A DNA stretch of 64,000 bases, taken from NCBI GenBank assembly GCA_000002445.1, contig CP000071.1:576001-640000 (forward strand), given 5' to 3'. The DNA is from Trypanosoma brucei. Its lineage: Eukaryota. The translations under genes were made by a program, and so were the position numbers. The notes beneath the pieces are model-generated. The model had not been told where the DNA came from and searched no databases. It saw only the letters and a list, made by a program, of their open reading frames with translations. Position 1 is the first letter of the stretch. Every line of letters starts with the position of its first letter. This document shows positions 1 through 11,574 of this stretch, piece after piece.

Positions 1-441
1 AGTGAAGGAGAAACAATATAATAAATTTCAGGAAATGAAAGTTTCCGCACGAAACGGAAAAGAAGGCCCACCACGGCGTAGAGCAGCGGTCACATAATGC
101 GCTGAGTGTTCCCTTCACCGTGAACTGTCTGCCTGTGCCGGCTACCTTAAATAGGGATCGGATTGGTTGGCGTCGTCACACTTTGCATACGTAAACGTAG
201 CACCTGCGCTTATTTCATCGTCTTTCCCTTTTCCTTCAGCGGAGTTGGACAGGCAACGCCGGAAAACAAAGTGGATAAATAAATAAGGGGATAGAAAGGG
301 AGAAAATAGGTGAGGACGGGCACACACGAAACACCCACATATGTATATATATATATATATGTATACGTTCCACCATTTTCTAGCTCCTTTTTTTTTCTTA
401 TCTTTCCCCTCTCCCTCAGCCACACATACTCCAAATCTCAT

Positions 442-822
442 TTAGATATCATCAGTAAGATCCAACTTCACTTTCCCGTCAACTGCGTTATCAAAGGCAG
501 GCATACCGAGGTACGGGCAGCCGGCGCAACGAAAGGCATCCCCCTTCGCGCAGTTCCCGCAGCCTCCTGGTGGCATGGCGCCCATCACTTGACTTCCACC
601 GGCCTCCAACTGCCGCTCCAACTCGGCTCGGCCGCAGGTGCAGTTCTTACAAGCCCGGCGCCGTGTCGCACAGTCCAACTTTTCAACCGTACTTTTGGCC
701 TCACGATCCTCAGCTGTAAGCAAATCATCCTCATCAATTGGTCGTCGTGTTTTGAGACTGAAGGCCTGTGTGGAGTTGGCGGCGTTGTGGGATGTTGATG
801 GAGCGGGGGATGACATTCTCAC
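442..822 (-). CDS. Anamorsin/CIAPIN1 (Dre2)-like Fe-S cluster domain protein, short form (126 aa)
   Basis: C-terminal CIAPIN1 signature: CKNCTCG ... [24 protein letters not shown], which closely matches the conserved anamorsin C-terminus. No N-terminal methyltransferase-like domain lies in the upstream ORF space. Confidence 0.7.
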   Translation of the reverse strand: MRMSSPAPSTSHNAANSTQAFSLKTRRPIDEDDLLTAEDREAKSTVEKLDCATRRRACKNCTCGRAELERQLEAGGSQVMGAMPPGGCGNCAKGDAFRCAGCPYLGMPAFDNAVDGKVKLDLTDDI

Positions 823-891
823 GAGACAGTTCCTTCCAGTGGATTACCGCTCGGCTGCCAACGTTGCTGCTGAATTGACTTCTTGCCTTTA

Positions 892-893
<2 letters not shown>

Positions 894-932
<39 letters not shown>
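894..932. repeat. (TA)n microsatellite (~19 units) followed by a T9 run
   Basis: Perfect alternating TA from 894 to 932, directly visible in the sequence. Confidence 0.95.
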
Positions 933-940
<8 letters not shown>

Positions 941-2295
941 CAATGCTAATTTCCCCTCCCCTCTAATTATACGAGAGTTTGCACTAGTACTTCGTCAACC
1001 ACGTACGACGCTATTTGTAAGAAAAATATCCGAGTTTCAAGACTAGAACTGTATTTTTTTTTTTTTGCGGTGTATGTGTTTGAACACAATGTGCCACTAT
1101 CTGTGTTGAAGGGTCCACATTAAAAAACAATAATGACAACAAGGGATGAAAGAGGTGAACAAAAAAAAAATCCGTATATTCAGTCAAGCTGCAGTGGCAT
1201 TTAAATGAAGCACTGTTGTGTTCAAACACATCATCACTAAAACACGAAACATCTTTTTTTTTTAAAAAAAATAGAGGGATGTTGTGAGGCGGAACCACGA
1301 ACGCGAGTGGCGCATGTGAACAAAATTTGAGGAACTCTGATTTTGGAAGGGCAACAGAGTAAACACAATAACAGAATGGGAAATGCTTCTCTAAAGGCAT
1401 GCCGACACATGCGCTTTTGTCGCTATTCACGTAGCGGGATGTAAAGAGCAGCTCAGATTGCGCTATGGGAGTGATTAAACAAATAAACACACAAACACAC
1501 AAAAAGCCACACGAAAAAAAAAAGAAAGGCAAGGAGACAATGAAAAATGTGTAAATCAGTCGCTCCTCCATCCTTCTTTTTTTTTTTTTACAAAAAAAAA
1601 ATTATTTTTATTTTCCTTCCCAGACTAATCTCAAACTTTTCAACCCACCACTCGTCCTCTTCTTCCCTTTCCTTTTCTTAACCACACATTTATCTATTTA
1701 TTCCGCACCACCTCATTATTTCACATCTCCCTATTTGTGAAGCCACCTTTTTTTTTTTAAAAAAAACATTAATGGAGAACTAAGGGAGCCAGCGACACTG
1801 CTAAAATATAAGTGCATAAGTACAACTGCGTATAGTCGTGCGAAAAAAAAAAAGAAAAAAAAACACACACATGTCAATGGGCAGACGGGCCAAAAGGAAG
1901 AGGTCTAAAAAAAAAAAGGAAAGAAGCAGGAAAAACATAAAACATAAAATATAAAACACAAAACATAAAACAGAAAAGAAGAAAAAGAAACAATGAAAGG
2001 CACAACTGATGAAGGATGAACAGCGCACTTCACGATAAGAAAGGAGAGGAATATCCCATTAAGAGATGAAAGAGGAAACAAATACAGCACTGTTTATCAT
2101 AACACCTTTTCCACACCGTCTTATTCCCCACTAAGATGCATTACAAACGCAAATAAATGAAAACGGATGAAGCGGGTAATTGAGGAACAAAAATGTCAAT
2201 GATGGGCACTCAGATCAGCGCGTAGTGATGTAAACAGATCATACACACAAAGCCAGAACCAACAAGAACAGCAAAAAAAAAAAAAAGAACACGAG

Positions 2296-2332
2296 TATAT
2301 ATATATATATATGTATATATATGTATGTATGT
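2296..2332. repeat. TA-rich (TA)n/(TATG)n microsatellite
   Basis: Sequence reads tatatatatatatatgtatatatatgtatgtatg. Confidence 0.9.
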
Positions 2333-2367
2333 TAGGCAATCCACCTTTCGCTGGTAAAAAACCTTTT

Positions 2368-2384
2368 TCTCTCTCTCTCTCTCT
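2368..2384. repeat. (CT)n dinucleotide repeat
   Basis: Sequence reads tctctctctctctctct. Confidence 0.9.
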
Positions 2385-3690
2385 GCGTCTTTTTTGTTTT
2401 TTTTTTCCTCCACGTAGCTTCATCAAGTGTTTTAAAAGCATTTTTTTTTGTTTTTATCTCCTTTTCCTCCCATAATTTCACATCGCAGATATGTGGTTGA
2501 TGCAAAATTCCACCACACTTTCGACAAGTTCCCTTCCGTATGCTCACAAACTTTCTGTCGCTTTGTGACTTTACTCTCTTAAATTAAAACAATTCTTCAT
2601 GCAAGTGCCCACCCTTGACGTTGCCTTAGCTGTATGCCTTTCCTGTCAATTTTTTTCTTTTTTTTCTTTTTGTTGACTTGCCGCCTTCTTTGTTACCCTT
2701 TTGTTGCATTTTCCTTAACATTTCAACGTTTCACTCCGGTTTTTCTTTCTTTTTCGTTTACTTCTTGACCCCTTTTCTTTGACTGTTGTTGTTGTTGTTG
2801 TTGTCGTTTCTCTCCCCTTCTTTACTTCTCCGATCATCAACGCATTTTTCTTCTTTTTTTTTTATTTTATTTTATTATTTTGCCTTACGGAAATTACACC
2901 ACAGGTGGAGGAACACACAATGAACAAACTTATCAAGCAGTAAATGGCCCTAAAAAGAAATATTTGGATAATCGCCGCACATTTAAGGATTACGCCTCCC
3001 CTGTCATTTTTTTTCTCTTTTTTTAATTTTTTGACCTGCCGCCGCCTTCCACGCGAAACGCATCGCGGAATTCCCTTCGTTTGTTTTCTCTCACATATGT
3101 GACATATATTTTTCTCTTTATTTTATTTTTGTTATTTTTAAATGATGAATTGACAGCGATGTTGCATAGTGTGAAGTAAATGGATCAGTACCCAACGCGC
3201 AACTAATCCCCCACTTCATCAGGGACGAAGTTGCGTAAATAATTGAATAACAAAAGTAAAAAAAAAAAAGGACAACAAACTACCTTCCGCTCCAACGTTT
3301 GAAAAAGATAAGAAAAAAAAAATTAAAAAGTGACGAAAAAAAAAAGAGCCGTGTTGTGAGCCTCTTCATTCACCCACTCCGATAATCATGAGATGAACAG
3401 AAAACAAGAGACCAAACAAACAACAATAATAAAAATAATAGTAATAAAACAACAGGGGAAACTGGTCTCTCAGAACAGAAAACACCAATCCAACAACGCT
3501 AATTAAACAAAAAGGAGTTAAATATCGTGGAGTAAATTAGAATCAAAAAAAAAAAAGAAAAACTCGAAGATCATGGATAGTAGTAATAGTAATAATGATA
3601 ATAGTAAAATATAACAAAAAAATCTATTGTTCATATATATATATTTCCTTCCTTCTGATCTCTTGGTTTCTCTCTTTTTTTTTTCCACGA

Positions 3691-5271
3691 TCAGGACTGC
3701 TGTGTTGCGTATGGATGGCACATACGCACCTCCGGTCCCAAAGAAATTCCCTCCGCAAAGTCCAGCACCCCAACCTCTTCTCCCTCTGCAAATTGATACG
3801 GTGCTGTTTGAATGCTTGGTCTGGCGTAATATTCCTCCACACACTCTTTTTCCCTTTCTTTATTACCTTCAACTCCATCTTCCAAACTTGTTGTTAATGC
3901 TACTGCCGACGTTACCGGTGTTGGTGATAACAAACCGCTTGTCATGACCCCACTGTTGGTTATTGGCCGCTCTCTCCGTCGTATCACTCCACAATGCTTG
4001 TAGAGATCCACAATTAATTCACCACAGCTAATTTCATTTCCATGTGGCCGCCCACCCACCCATTCATAAAGCCGCGGGTGAATGTAACTAAGCATCAGGG
4101 CGGAATTCGTGTCCAGAGGGCGCCCAACGTTTTCGTTGATAAACTCACGGAGAAGGCGCTTGCGTTGCGGAGTCCACTCAAAACCTTTCAATCGGCGCAC
4201 GGCAAAACGGCGGTAGCACCACTTCTCGTCGTGCCGCCCAAAGAGACGACGACTCGCTTCCACCAGCTGAACACAATTGTGTCGCACGTGGCCATTAACA
4301 TCAGGTGCATTGACATCAATGTTGTCAATGGCCTCCATAATAACCGCCCCACGCCTCGGTCGTCGCTCAAACAGCGACTGTCCTTCACCCATGATTCCTG
4401 CTGAGAGAGGCCTAGTCAACAACATACCACCGTACTCCGCATTTACGCTGTCAGCAATGTTGCCATCAACACTATTATTGTTACTCCTGCTGCTACCATT
4501 ATCACTGTTGTTGCGGATGTCATACGCAAAGCTTGTTCGCCTCGAGCGCAACCGGTCAAAATGCGCAGGCTCCACTACAACAGCTACATGCGAGTATCGC
4601 AATGCTGCGGCACGCATACCACTGTAGACATACTGTGCAGCAGTTATCTTTGAGCTGATTTCTCCAGTTCCCATCATGAGGATGATGTCCCCTTCACGAA
4701 GTGTTGGCTCCACGAGGGACCATTCTTCAAGTGGGTGCTCCTCCAGTGGGCTGAAGAGACGTCCCACCGCCTCCTGCTGCCGCCACCACAAAGCGAGACA
4801 CAACACCACATAACTACAGCACCCCAAAATACACGCTGCTGCCACAATCAAACACTTTCTTCCGCGGCACTGGGAGCAAAATCGGTTCCATCCGCTACGG
4901 AATGGGCGTAACACACTGAAACGTCCTAGTTGCTGTTGCTGTTGCTGTTGTTGCTGTTGTTTTGAGTATTGATGCTGATGCTGATGTGTTTGATGTTGCG
5001 TTTGCGAATGGTGATGCTGCTGTTTGTGATGGTAATGATGTGGTTGATACTGTGACTGTGTCTGTGAATGATGCTGATGCTGCTTCTGATGTGTTAAGGG
5101 GAACGAATTTGTGGCAAATGGTGCGATCGATGGGCGCAGTAACGCGTTTTGTGAACAACCTAAATGGATGAAACGACGGCTGTCGACGCGTGGCGCGTGG
5201 AAAAACAAACCCCGTATGCCCCATCGCCGCTGCTGCTGGATGAACAACCCCATCACCTCTACACTATGCAT
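3691..5271 (-). CDS. Membrane-anchored protein with a His/Gln-rich N-terminal region and a C-terminal permuted papain-fold domain (YiiX/YaeF-like, NlpC/P60 superfamily), putative
   Basis: 526-aa ORF with a poly-Q run (Q12) and an HQ-rich tract, and one predicted TM helix (CLIVAAACILGCCSYVVLCLALWW). Domain motifs GDIILMMGTGEISSKI...YSHVAVVV, a mid His (NGHVRHN) and ISCGELIVDLYKHCG fit the permuted Cys/His papain-like amidase pattern. The exact start is uncertain. Confidence 0.5.
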   Translation of the reverse strand: MHSVEVMGLFIQQQRRWGIRGLFFHAPRVDSRRFIHLGCSQNALLRPSIAPFATNSFPLTHQKQHQHHSQTQSQYQPHHYHHKQQHHHSQTQHQTHQHQHQYSKQQQQQQQQQQLGRFSVLRPFRSGWNRFCSQCRGRKCLIVAAACILGCCSYVVLCLALWWRQQEAVGRLFSPLEEHPLEEWSLVEPTLREGDIILMMGTGEISSKITAAQYVYSGMRAAALRYSHVAVVVEPAHFDRLRSRRTSFAYDIRNNSDNGSSRSNNNSVDGNIADSVNAEYGGMLLTRPLSAGIMGEGQSLFERRPRRGAVIMEAIDNIDVNAPDVNGHVRHNCVQLVEASRRLFGRHDEKWCYRRFAVRRLKGFEWTPQRKRLLREFINENVGRPLDTNSALMLSYIHPRLYEWVGGRPHGNEISCGELIVDLYKHCGVIRRRERPITNSGVMTSGLLSPTPVTSAVALTTSLEDGVEGNKEREKECVEEYYARPSIQTAPYQFAEGEEVGVLDFAEGISLGPEVRMCHPYATQQS

Positions 5272-5298
5272 CGAACCCTTTCTTCTATATTTATTTCC

Positions 5299-5350
5299 TC
5301 CTCCACTTCCACTTCCACTTCCACTTCCACTTCCACTTCCACCTCCACTC
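5299..5350. repeat. (CCACTT)n hexanucleotide tandem repeat (6 perfect + 2 degenerate units)
   Basis: ccacttccacttccacttccacttccacttccactt then ccacctccactc. Lies in the intergenic/5' flank of the 3691..5271 gene. Confidence 0.95.
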
Positions 5351-6232
5351 CTTTTTCTTTTTCTTTTTTTCTATAAATAAGTAAAAAAGTAAATATATTA
5401 ATAAATGTATCCCCCTGTTACCTCTCACTTACCCTTCTTTGCACTGACACCCCGCTAACGTGTGGCGCTTCACCGATTAAAACACTAGCCGATGTTTAGC
5501 TGTGAGTAGCGTTGATATGATGCCGCGTATGCGTACGTACGTGTGTTTTGTGTGCGCGTGTGTATTATTATTATTATTATTTTTTTTTTTGGGGGGGATG
5601 GGTGAAGGAAGGGATGGAACTAACAAAAATAAAGCAAACAAAAGTAAACCAACTCAAGTAAAGGGGGAAATAAAATAAAAATAAATATGGAACCGAGTGA
5701 AGGTCCCCCAGGGCGCTACGAATATTTGATAGAGACAAAAATAAGAAAAAAAGAGAGAAGAGCACATGAACAAAACAAAAAAAAAAACAGAGGAAAGGAA
5801 AAGAAACAAATGCTCCGTTTGACAGATTAATGCAAAGTGACAGAGGACAAACAGCTTTAAAAGAACACTAAAGAAGATCAGTAGCAACAGTAACTGAAAG
5901 AGAAAAGAAAGAAAAAAAAACAAGGGCAAACGCAAATAAAAGAGTTCCTCCTTGTACTTTACTAATTAAGTTATTTTTCGCCTCCCCGCCTGCGGTGGTG
6001 GTGGCCGGAAAGAGAGAAAAAGAGGAGAAAAAAAGAAAGAATGACTTGCCTTTTGCCACGCAACTGCCGCACACCGGTACCATTGTGAGAAGCGGAAACG
6101 AAAGGACGACGGCATTCGGTCAAGTCATTTTGAAGAGGGAGCGAAGGGGAGGGGGAGAAATTAATAAAGGAAAAAAAAAGAAAAGGGAACATATCGTTTG
6201 TGCCCCGTCGCTTCACCAGCAATTATACGCGA

Positions 6233-6264
<32 letters not shown>

Positions 6265-8140
6265 TACAATAATACGTGAAGGGGAAAGGGAGATAAAACG
6301 AAGAGACAGAAGGAATCCGCGTTCATTGAACGGCTCGCCGGTGCTACACATGTTTCCGCAAACCCCCCCCCAAAGTAAATATCACAAAGAAAGCAAAACT
6401 GCAGGAGATCAATGAGAAAAAACAACAACTGAAGACTATCGATGAAAACGTGTGACTCTCAGCACACGGCAATCATGTCACTACTGCTTAGCGAAGGAAA
6501 AGGTGAACGGGGCGTCTCCGTTTTATCACCGATGAAAAGCGTGTGGATGGAGCGCGGGTGAAATGAATAACCACAAAAAACTAGAAAAAAAAGACTTTTT
6601 TTTCCGGAGGAGGGGGGAGTTGGAGACAAAAAGGCACATTTGTTGTCGCAGAAGCGGTTCTGGTTCCTTTATGTCAGGCCTCGTTAGATTTTAAATCACA
6701 CATTTTCTCTTTACCAACCGTATATCCCTCTTACCTCAGCTCTACCGCACATATATCATATACAACACACATGTACATGTATGCCAATGAGAGGTAGGGA
6801 GATATGATACGTGCATGATGGGAAATTTAGCTAAAGGGGCAACAGGATCAATTAAAGAGGACAAAAATAAAAAAAGAAAAAAGAAAAAAAAAATAAGGGC
6901 GGTCTCCCTCATGGAAAGTAAATGCACCGTCCCCCCAACACCAGTGGATGGTTGGCGCAGTTTTGTGCCCTCGACGATAACAACGAGTAGTGTGACGTGT
7001 TAAAAGCAACGCAAAACAAAACAAAACAAAGAGAGAGAGAGATGACTGACCAAACTGAAGGAGATGCAATAAATATCAAAGGAAAGCGGAGAATTCCGCA
7101 AACCGAAACACTTCGCCCCCCCGCCTCCCTCCCTTTCTTCCCTCTTTGTCTTTCGTGTAATCCCCATTTCACATTTCTGTTCCATATTAACTTTTCTCCA
7201 AGCCCCTCTCCTCTCCTCACCTCCCCCACAAAAAAATATAATATAATATATATATATATATATTTAACCTTTAACTCAGTCGCCATTTTCCCCATCCATT
7301 TGCTTTTCCTTAAGTCCATGCCGCGCCTTCACAGAGAAGTGAGTAAAACAAGGAACATAAGAAGAGCCCAAAAGCCTCGTAATAGGTTTGAGCATTCGCA
7401 CACATGACGTAAATAAATAAATATATGTGTACATATATATGTAAAGCAAAGAGAGAGAGAAAGAAAGTCAACGACGCGAACGAAGCAAAATAAACATAAG
7501 GAAGAAAGAAGGGTAGCTGCGCATCGCACATTTACATGCACACCCACGGTGTCGAAACAATAAAAGCAACAACACTCAAAACAAAGGTAAAAAAGAAAAA
7601 AGAAGAAATATAGAGGGAGAAATACACATGGATTAAGAAAAATATGGAAGGGAAAGATGACTGATGGGTGGCTTGTAAAGACAAGATAGTGTCTTTTACA
7701 TTCTACTTCGCCACCTTTCCCCTAAAGGAGGTGGAAATCACACATAAGGACGCACATGCGCAGTAGAATGACCCCGATTGCACATAATAAACCCTCAAGT
7801 GTTAACGCAGCAGAGTTCAACACCGGAGATGAAGGGTAACTAGCAAGTTATACTGAGTTCTCCCTTTCTCCCCCCCCCCACGCACACATATATGCCTGTT
7901 GAAGCTCGTCTATGACGAACCAAAAGTACAGAATTCAATCTGTACGGCACCATTTTCCCCTGCTCATCTTGAACACGAGTAGTGGTAACTCTCATTATAT
8001 AACCAACTGTTTAGCCTGAACTGCTTCCCACTAACTTGGGCTTTACAACTCAACGCGGCAATTTACCCTAGACATGCGTACATAAAATACCGCACAAGAT
8101 AAATGATTTGTTTTTTTCTAACTGTGTCTTTACGCCCTTT

Positions 8141-10480
8141 TCAGCGCTTTTGAAGGTTTGAGCACCCCGCTGTATGGAGTTCTAAATACGCCTCAATCGA
8201 AAAGGTCGTCGTCCACTGTCTGAAGAATGGGTGACTGAGTAGCTCCCGTGCGGTGGGACGGCGCCGAGGTTCGGGGTCCATGCAGGAATGAATAAAGTCC
8301 AGAAATGCGTCACTGAGAGGCACATCTCGGGGGAAACGGCGGAGATCCAACGGCTCTTCCATACGGTGAATCGTTACAAATGGGTCCGCGCAGTCCGTGA
8401 GGTCAACGGGGTATTGTCCAACAGCGAACTCCGCCAGCGTCATGCCAACCGCCCAGATGTCGCTTGGCTTCCCGTGAGGCCTTCCCCGCTGTCGCTCGGG
8501 GCTCATATACTTACTTGTTCCGGAGCATTGCGGATCATCTCCAGTGGCTGCACCGCTTTCACTAGCGGACGCAACTCCCACGAGGGGTGGTGATTCGTAG
8601 CCACTGCCCGTGTGAATTCCGTTTATGCTGTGCCCATAACCGTTACCACTCATGTTACTGGCGGCATCGCTCTCAAACCCGTTGTCAACACTACCACGTT
8701 TGTTGTTAACGCGTGGGTTGCAGCGCCTTTCCTCGCACGAGTCGTCTCTGCTTTTAATTTTGACGTCAGCACCAGTGTCACCACTCGCGATAAAGTCTGC
8801 TGGGAAGTGGGGAAGCGACACAACACTTTCCTCTTCCCCTGTACATCGAGAGGATAACCCAAAATCACCAAGTTTCACTATTCCTCTGTTGTTGATTAGG
8901 ACGTTACCAGGTTTAATGTCACGGTGGACGAAACCCCTGCTGTGCATATGTTCCACACCGCGCAGAAGCTGCTCGCCCACCACGGCAACGAGCCTCTCAG
9001 GTACTGAAACCACTTTTCGCTCATCCTTCGCATCCACTTCACTTTCCCTCATTTCCTTTTCCTCGGTCATGCACACCGCCCCATCGCCATTGTGACGATT
9101 GCTACGATTACGTCGCCTCGCACCATGCGTGCCACCGTTTTGGTTCTGCCGCTTTTTTGTCCTACTACCGCCCGCACTAACGACTTGACAGTTCACATCG
9201 TTGCCGGTACTTACACCGTTAGACACGTCGTTATCCGTGACATAACCACCGAGTAATCTCTGCAACCGGTCCAGACCGCCGTAGTGCATGTATTCCATCA
9301 CAAAGTCGAGTGCCATTTCTTCTTTATTAAAGAACGCGTTGTACACCTTTACCATGAATGGGTTCCGGTAAGCCATATGAAGTGTTTGGAGCTCACGCAA
9401 AACAAAGCGGTGAAGCTGTCGGATGTAAGGCGATGCCCGCACACTGTGCGTACGGCAAATGTTCATATGTTCCCATCCATAAATCATCGAGGAGAGGTCA
9501 ATGCGTTTGACGGCGAGCAACTTCCCAGTGGGATAATGTTCTGCCATGTACACGTTTGCCGACGCCCCCTCACCCACAATTGACTTTAGTTTGACATCAC
9601 TGTACTTTACAGCGGTAAGACCAGGTTCATTGCTGCTGCTGGAGTCGGCGTTGTTGGGGGGGAGCACGGAGGGTGACGGGAGATTAAAGCTTGGCATGAC
9701 GTACGTGTGCGTTGCGCTATCACCACCAGCGGCAGCAAATGTGGGTCGCGGTGTGGTAAACCCCGAAGTTTTGGCGTTATGGGCATTTAGCGAATATGTG
9801 ATGGGGCTGTATGGCGTGTCGAGGCTAGTAGACAGTAGCGTAAAAGAGTTGTTGGACAGTGGTTCCGTCGTTAACGAAAGCTTTGGCTTCAGCAGCGCCC
9901 CGGGTACTGAGCGACGACCGTGTGAGCCCAATGGGGCTGGGGAAACTTCCCCTCCGTGAATCCCAAGATTTGCATTGAGTTGCAAGACACTTTCCATAGT
10001 GAGACACCCATCACCAGAAACAATAAAGGGACCAACATGTAGATGCTGACCATCATCGGACAGCGATATCCACTGCGCCCGCGGGTGGTGACCAAAAAAG
10101 TCTTCTGGAGCCAACATATTGAGTGAAGCCACCGAGGCACCAGCAGCGGTGCTGCACGCGGAGCGGTTCAGTAAAGGTGGGCGCAACTGCTGAAACCGGT
10201 CCCGTTTGGGTGTAACAGTGCTGGAAGCATGGGCTGTGAGCTGTAAACTGGAGGGAATGTGAAGTGGCTCTGTAGGGGGAAGCAATGACGGTGGAGTTAA
10301 GGAGAAGAGGGGCGGCGGCCGCTGCTTCACTTGCCGCCCTATTGCTGTTGCGGAGAGCACACCGTTGCAGCTACTGGGCGACTCCTCCGGGTTGCTCGTG
10401 ACGTTGTGTAACTGAGCACTAGCGCATGAATATATATTTCCGGGTATACTTCCATCTACCGTAGCAGTTTTATGGTCCAT
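8141..10480 (-). CDS. Serine/threonine protein kinase, STE7 (MAP kinase kinase)-like, with large inserts in the catalytic domain
   Basis: Kinase subdomains present: GEGASANVY, AVKRI, HRDIKPGNVLI, DFGLS, GTSKYMSPERQRG (MEK-like YMSPER), DIWAVGMTLAEF. There is a ~120-aa insert between DFG and the P+1/APE region and another between subdomains V and VI. Confidence 0.85.
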   Translation of the reverse strand: MDHKTATVDGSIPGNIYSCASAQLHNVTSNPEESPSSCNGVLSATAIGRQVKQRPPPLFSLTPPSLLPPTEPLHIPSSLQLTAHASSTVTPKRDRFQQLRPPLLNRSACSTAAGASVASLNMLAPEDFFGHHPRAQWISLSDDGQHLHVGPFIVSGDGCLTMESVLQLNANLGIHGGEVSPAPLGSHGRRSVPGALLKPKLSLTTEPLSNNSFTLLSTSLDTPYSPITYSLNAHNAKTSGFTTPRPTFAAAGGDSATHTYVMPSFNLPSPSVLPPNNADSSSSNEPGLTAVKYSDVKLKSIVGEGASANVYMAEHYPTGKLLAVKRIDLSSMIYGWEHMNICRTHSVRASPYIRQLHRFVLRELQTLHMAYRNPFMVKVYNAFFNKEEMALDFVMEYMHYGGLDRLQRLLGGYVTDNDVSNGVSTGNDVNCQVVSAGGSRTKKRQNQNGGTHGARRRNRSNRHNGDGAVCMTEEKEMRESEVDAKDERKVVSVPERLVAVVGEQLLRGVEHMHSRGFVHRDIKPGNVLINNRGIVKLGDFGLSSRCTGEEESVVSLPHFPADFIASGDTGADVKIKSRDDSCEERRCNPRVNNKRGSVDNGFESDAASNMSGNGYGHSINGIHTGSGYESPPLVGVASASESGAATGDDPQCSGTSKYMSPERQRGRPHGKPSDIWAVGMTLAEFAVGQYPVDLTDCADPFVTIHRMEEPLDLRRFPRDVPLSDAFLDFIHSCMDPEPRRRPTARELLSHPFFRQWTTTFSIEAYLELHTAGCSNLQKR

Positions 10481-11574
10481 TTGAATGTGTCTTCTTCTGC
10501 CCGCTATTCCGTGCCGAGGCCGAAAGGTATCGGATAACCAAACTTGGTGAATGAAAGAATCACGCCCACTGCGTATATATATGTATATATTCTAAGATAT
10601 TTCCTTCGTTTCTCTCCACCCGTGAGCGCGTGTGCGTCCTTGCACCACGCCTCCCTTTCCTTGCCTTCGACTTTCCCCGTGTCTTCCTCTGTATAATCCC
10701 TCAAATCCACTTTTCTAATTCAGTTTTTTTTTTCTGCTCTCCTCGGAGATTACAGTGGGTCCAGAGGTTAGATAGAAAAAAGGAGAGAAATGGAATGACA
10801 TCCAATCAGAGAAGAAGGAGGAGGGGGAGGGGAGGAGGGATATGTATGTCGCAAACAATCTCGACTTAAAGAATGACAACAAGCCCGAAAAAACAACACA
10901 ACAACGAAAACAACGCCACTGGATAACACAGCAGTCAGCGGACGCTTATGGTACACTTTGAGTCAAGAAGGACGAGGAGGTGGATAACGAAAACAATCAA
11001 ATCAACATCATCTTCCCCCCCTTTTTTTTCTCGCTACCTTTCTTTCCATATTTCTCCGTAACCGTGCATTACCGTTGTCATTTTCGTCGTATGTAGTTTC
11101 GTATTAAAAAAAAAAAAAGACACCCCTTTCATGGCATCCTTCCTTGTGTCTCACTCTTTAATTTACTGTCTTTCTTTTCTTTTCTCTTTTCAGTTGTTGT
11201 TCAATTTCCCATCGTTACGATCATTCATTAATATGCGCTGCCAGTCCCGGCTGCAGTTCTTGTAGACACACACCGACAAAAAAAAAAGGAATAAAGAAAA
11301 AAAAAACAGAGATTATGGGATAATTGTGTAAAAACACCGCGCTGAATATCATTGTCTAACAAGCTTTTCCATATTCTTATTTCTTCACCGATGTCCACAC
11401 ACTCTTTCCCCACTTCTTCCCGCTGTTGTACAACCGTTGCGCATTCAACGAAGTAAAGTTAAAAATATGTGAGGGTTGAGAGAAGGGAAAAGAGATGAGG
11501 GTTGAAGAAAACACATGCACACAAACTCCCACGTGTGTGCATACATTATGTGTGTAGTAGATGTGTACATATAA

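Noticed and set aside
310-798. 162-aa plus-strand ORF overlapping the anamorsin-like gene
   Set aside because: It is antisense to the conserved CIAPIN1 domain ORF and partly encoded by the (TA)n repeat. It has no recognisable features.
1011-1571. 186-aa minus-strand ORF and several similar ORFs in the 822..3690, 5271..8140, 10480..12910 and 33011..34512 intervals
   Set aside because: Their translations are dominated by poly-F/L/K/S runs derived from poly-T/A and microsatellite DNA. No domain signatures are present. They are read-through of low-complexity UTR/intergenic sequence.
4921-4956. (CTG/TTG)n repeat on the plus strand
   Set aside because: Not an independent feature. It is the coding sequence for the poly-Q run of the 3691..5271 minus-strand gene and is described under that gene instead.
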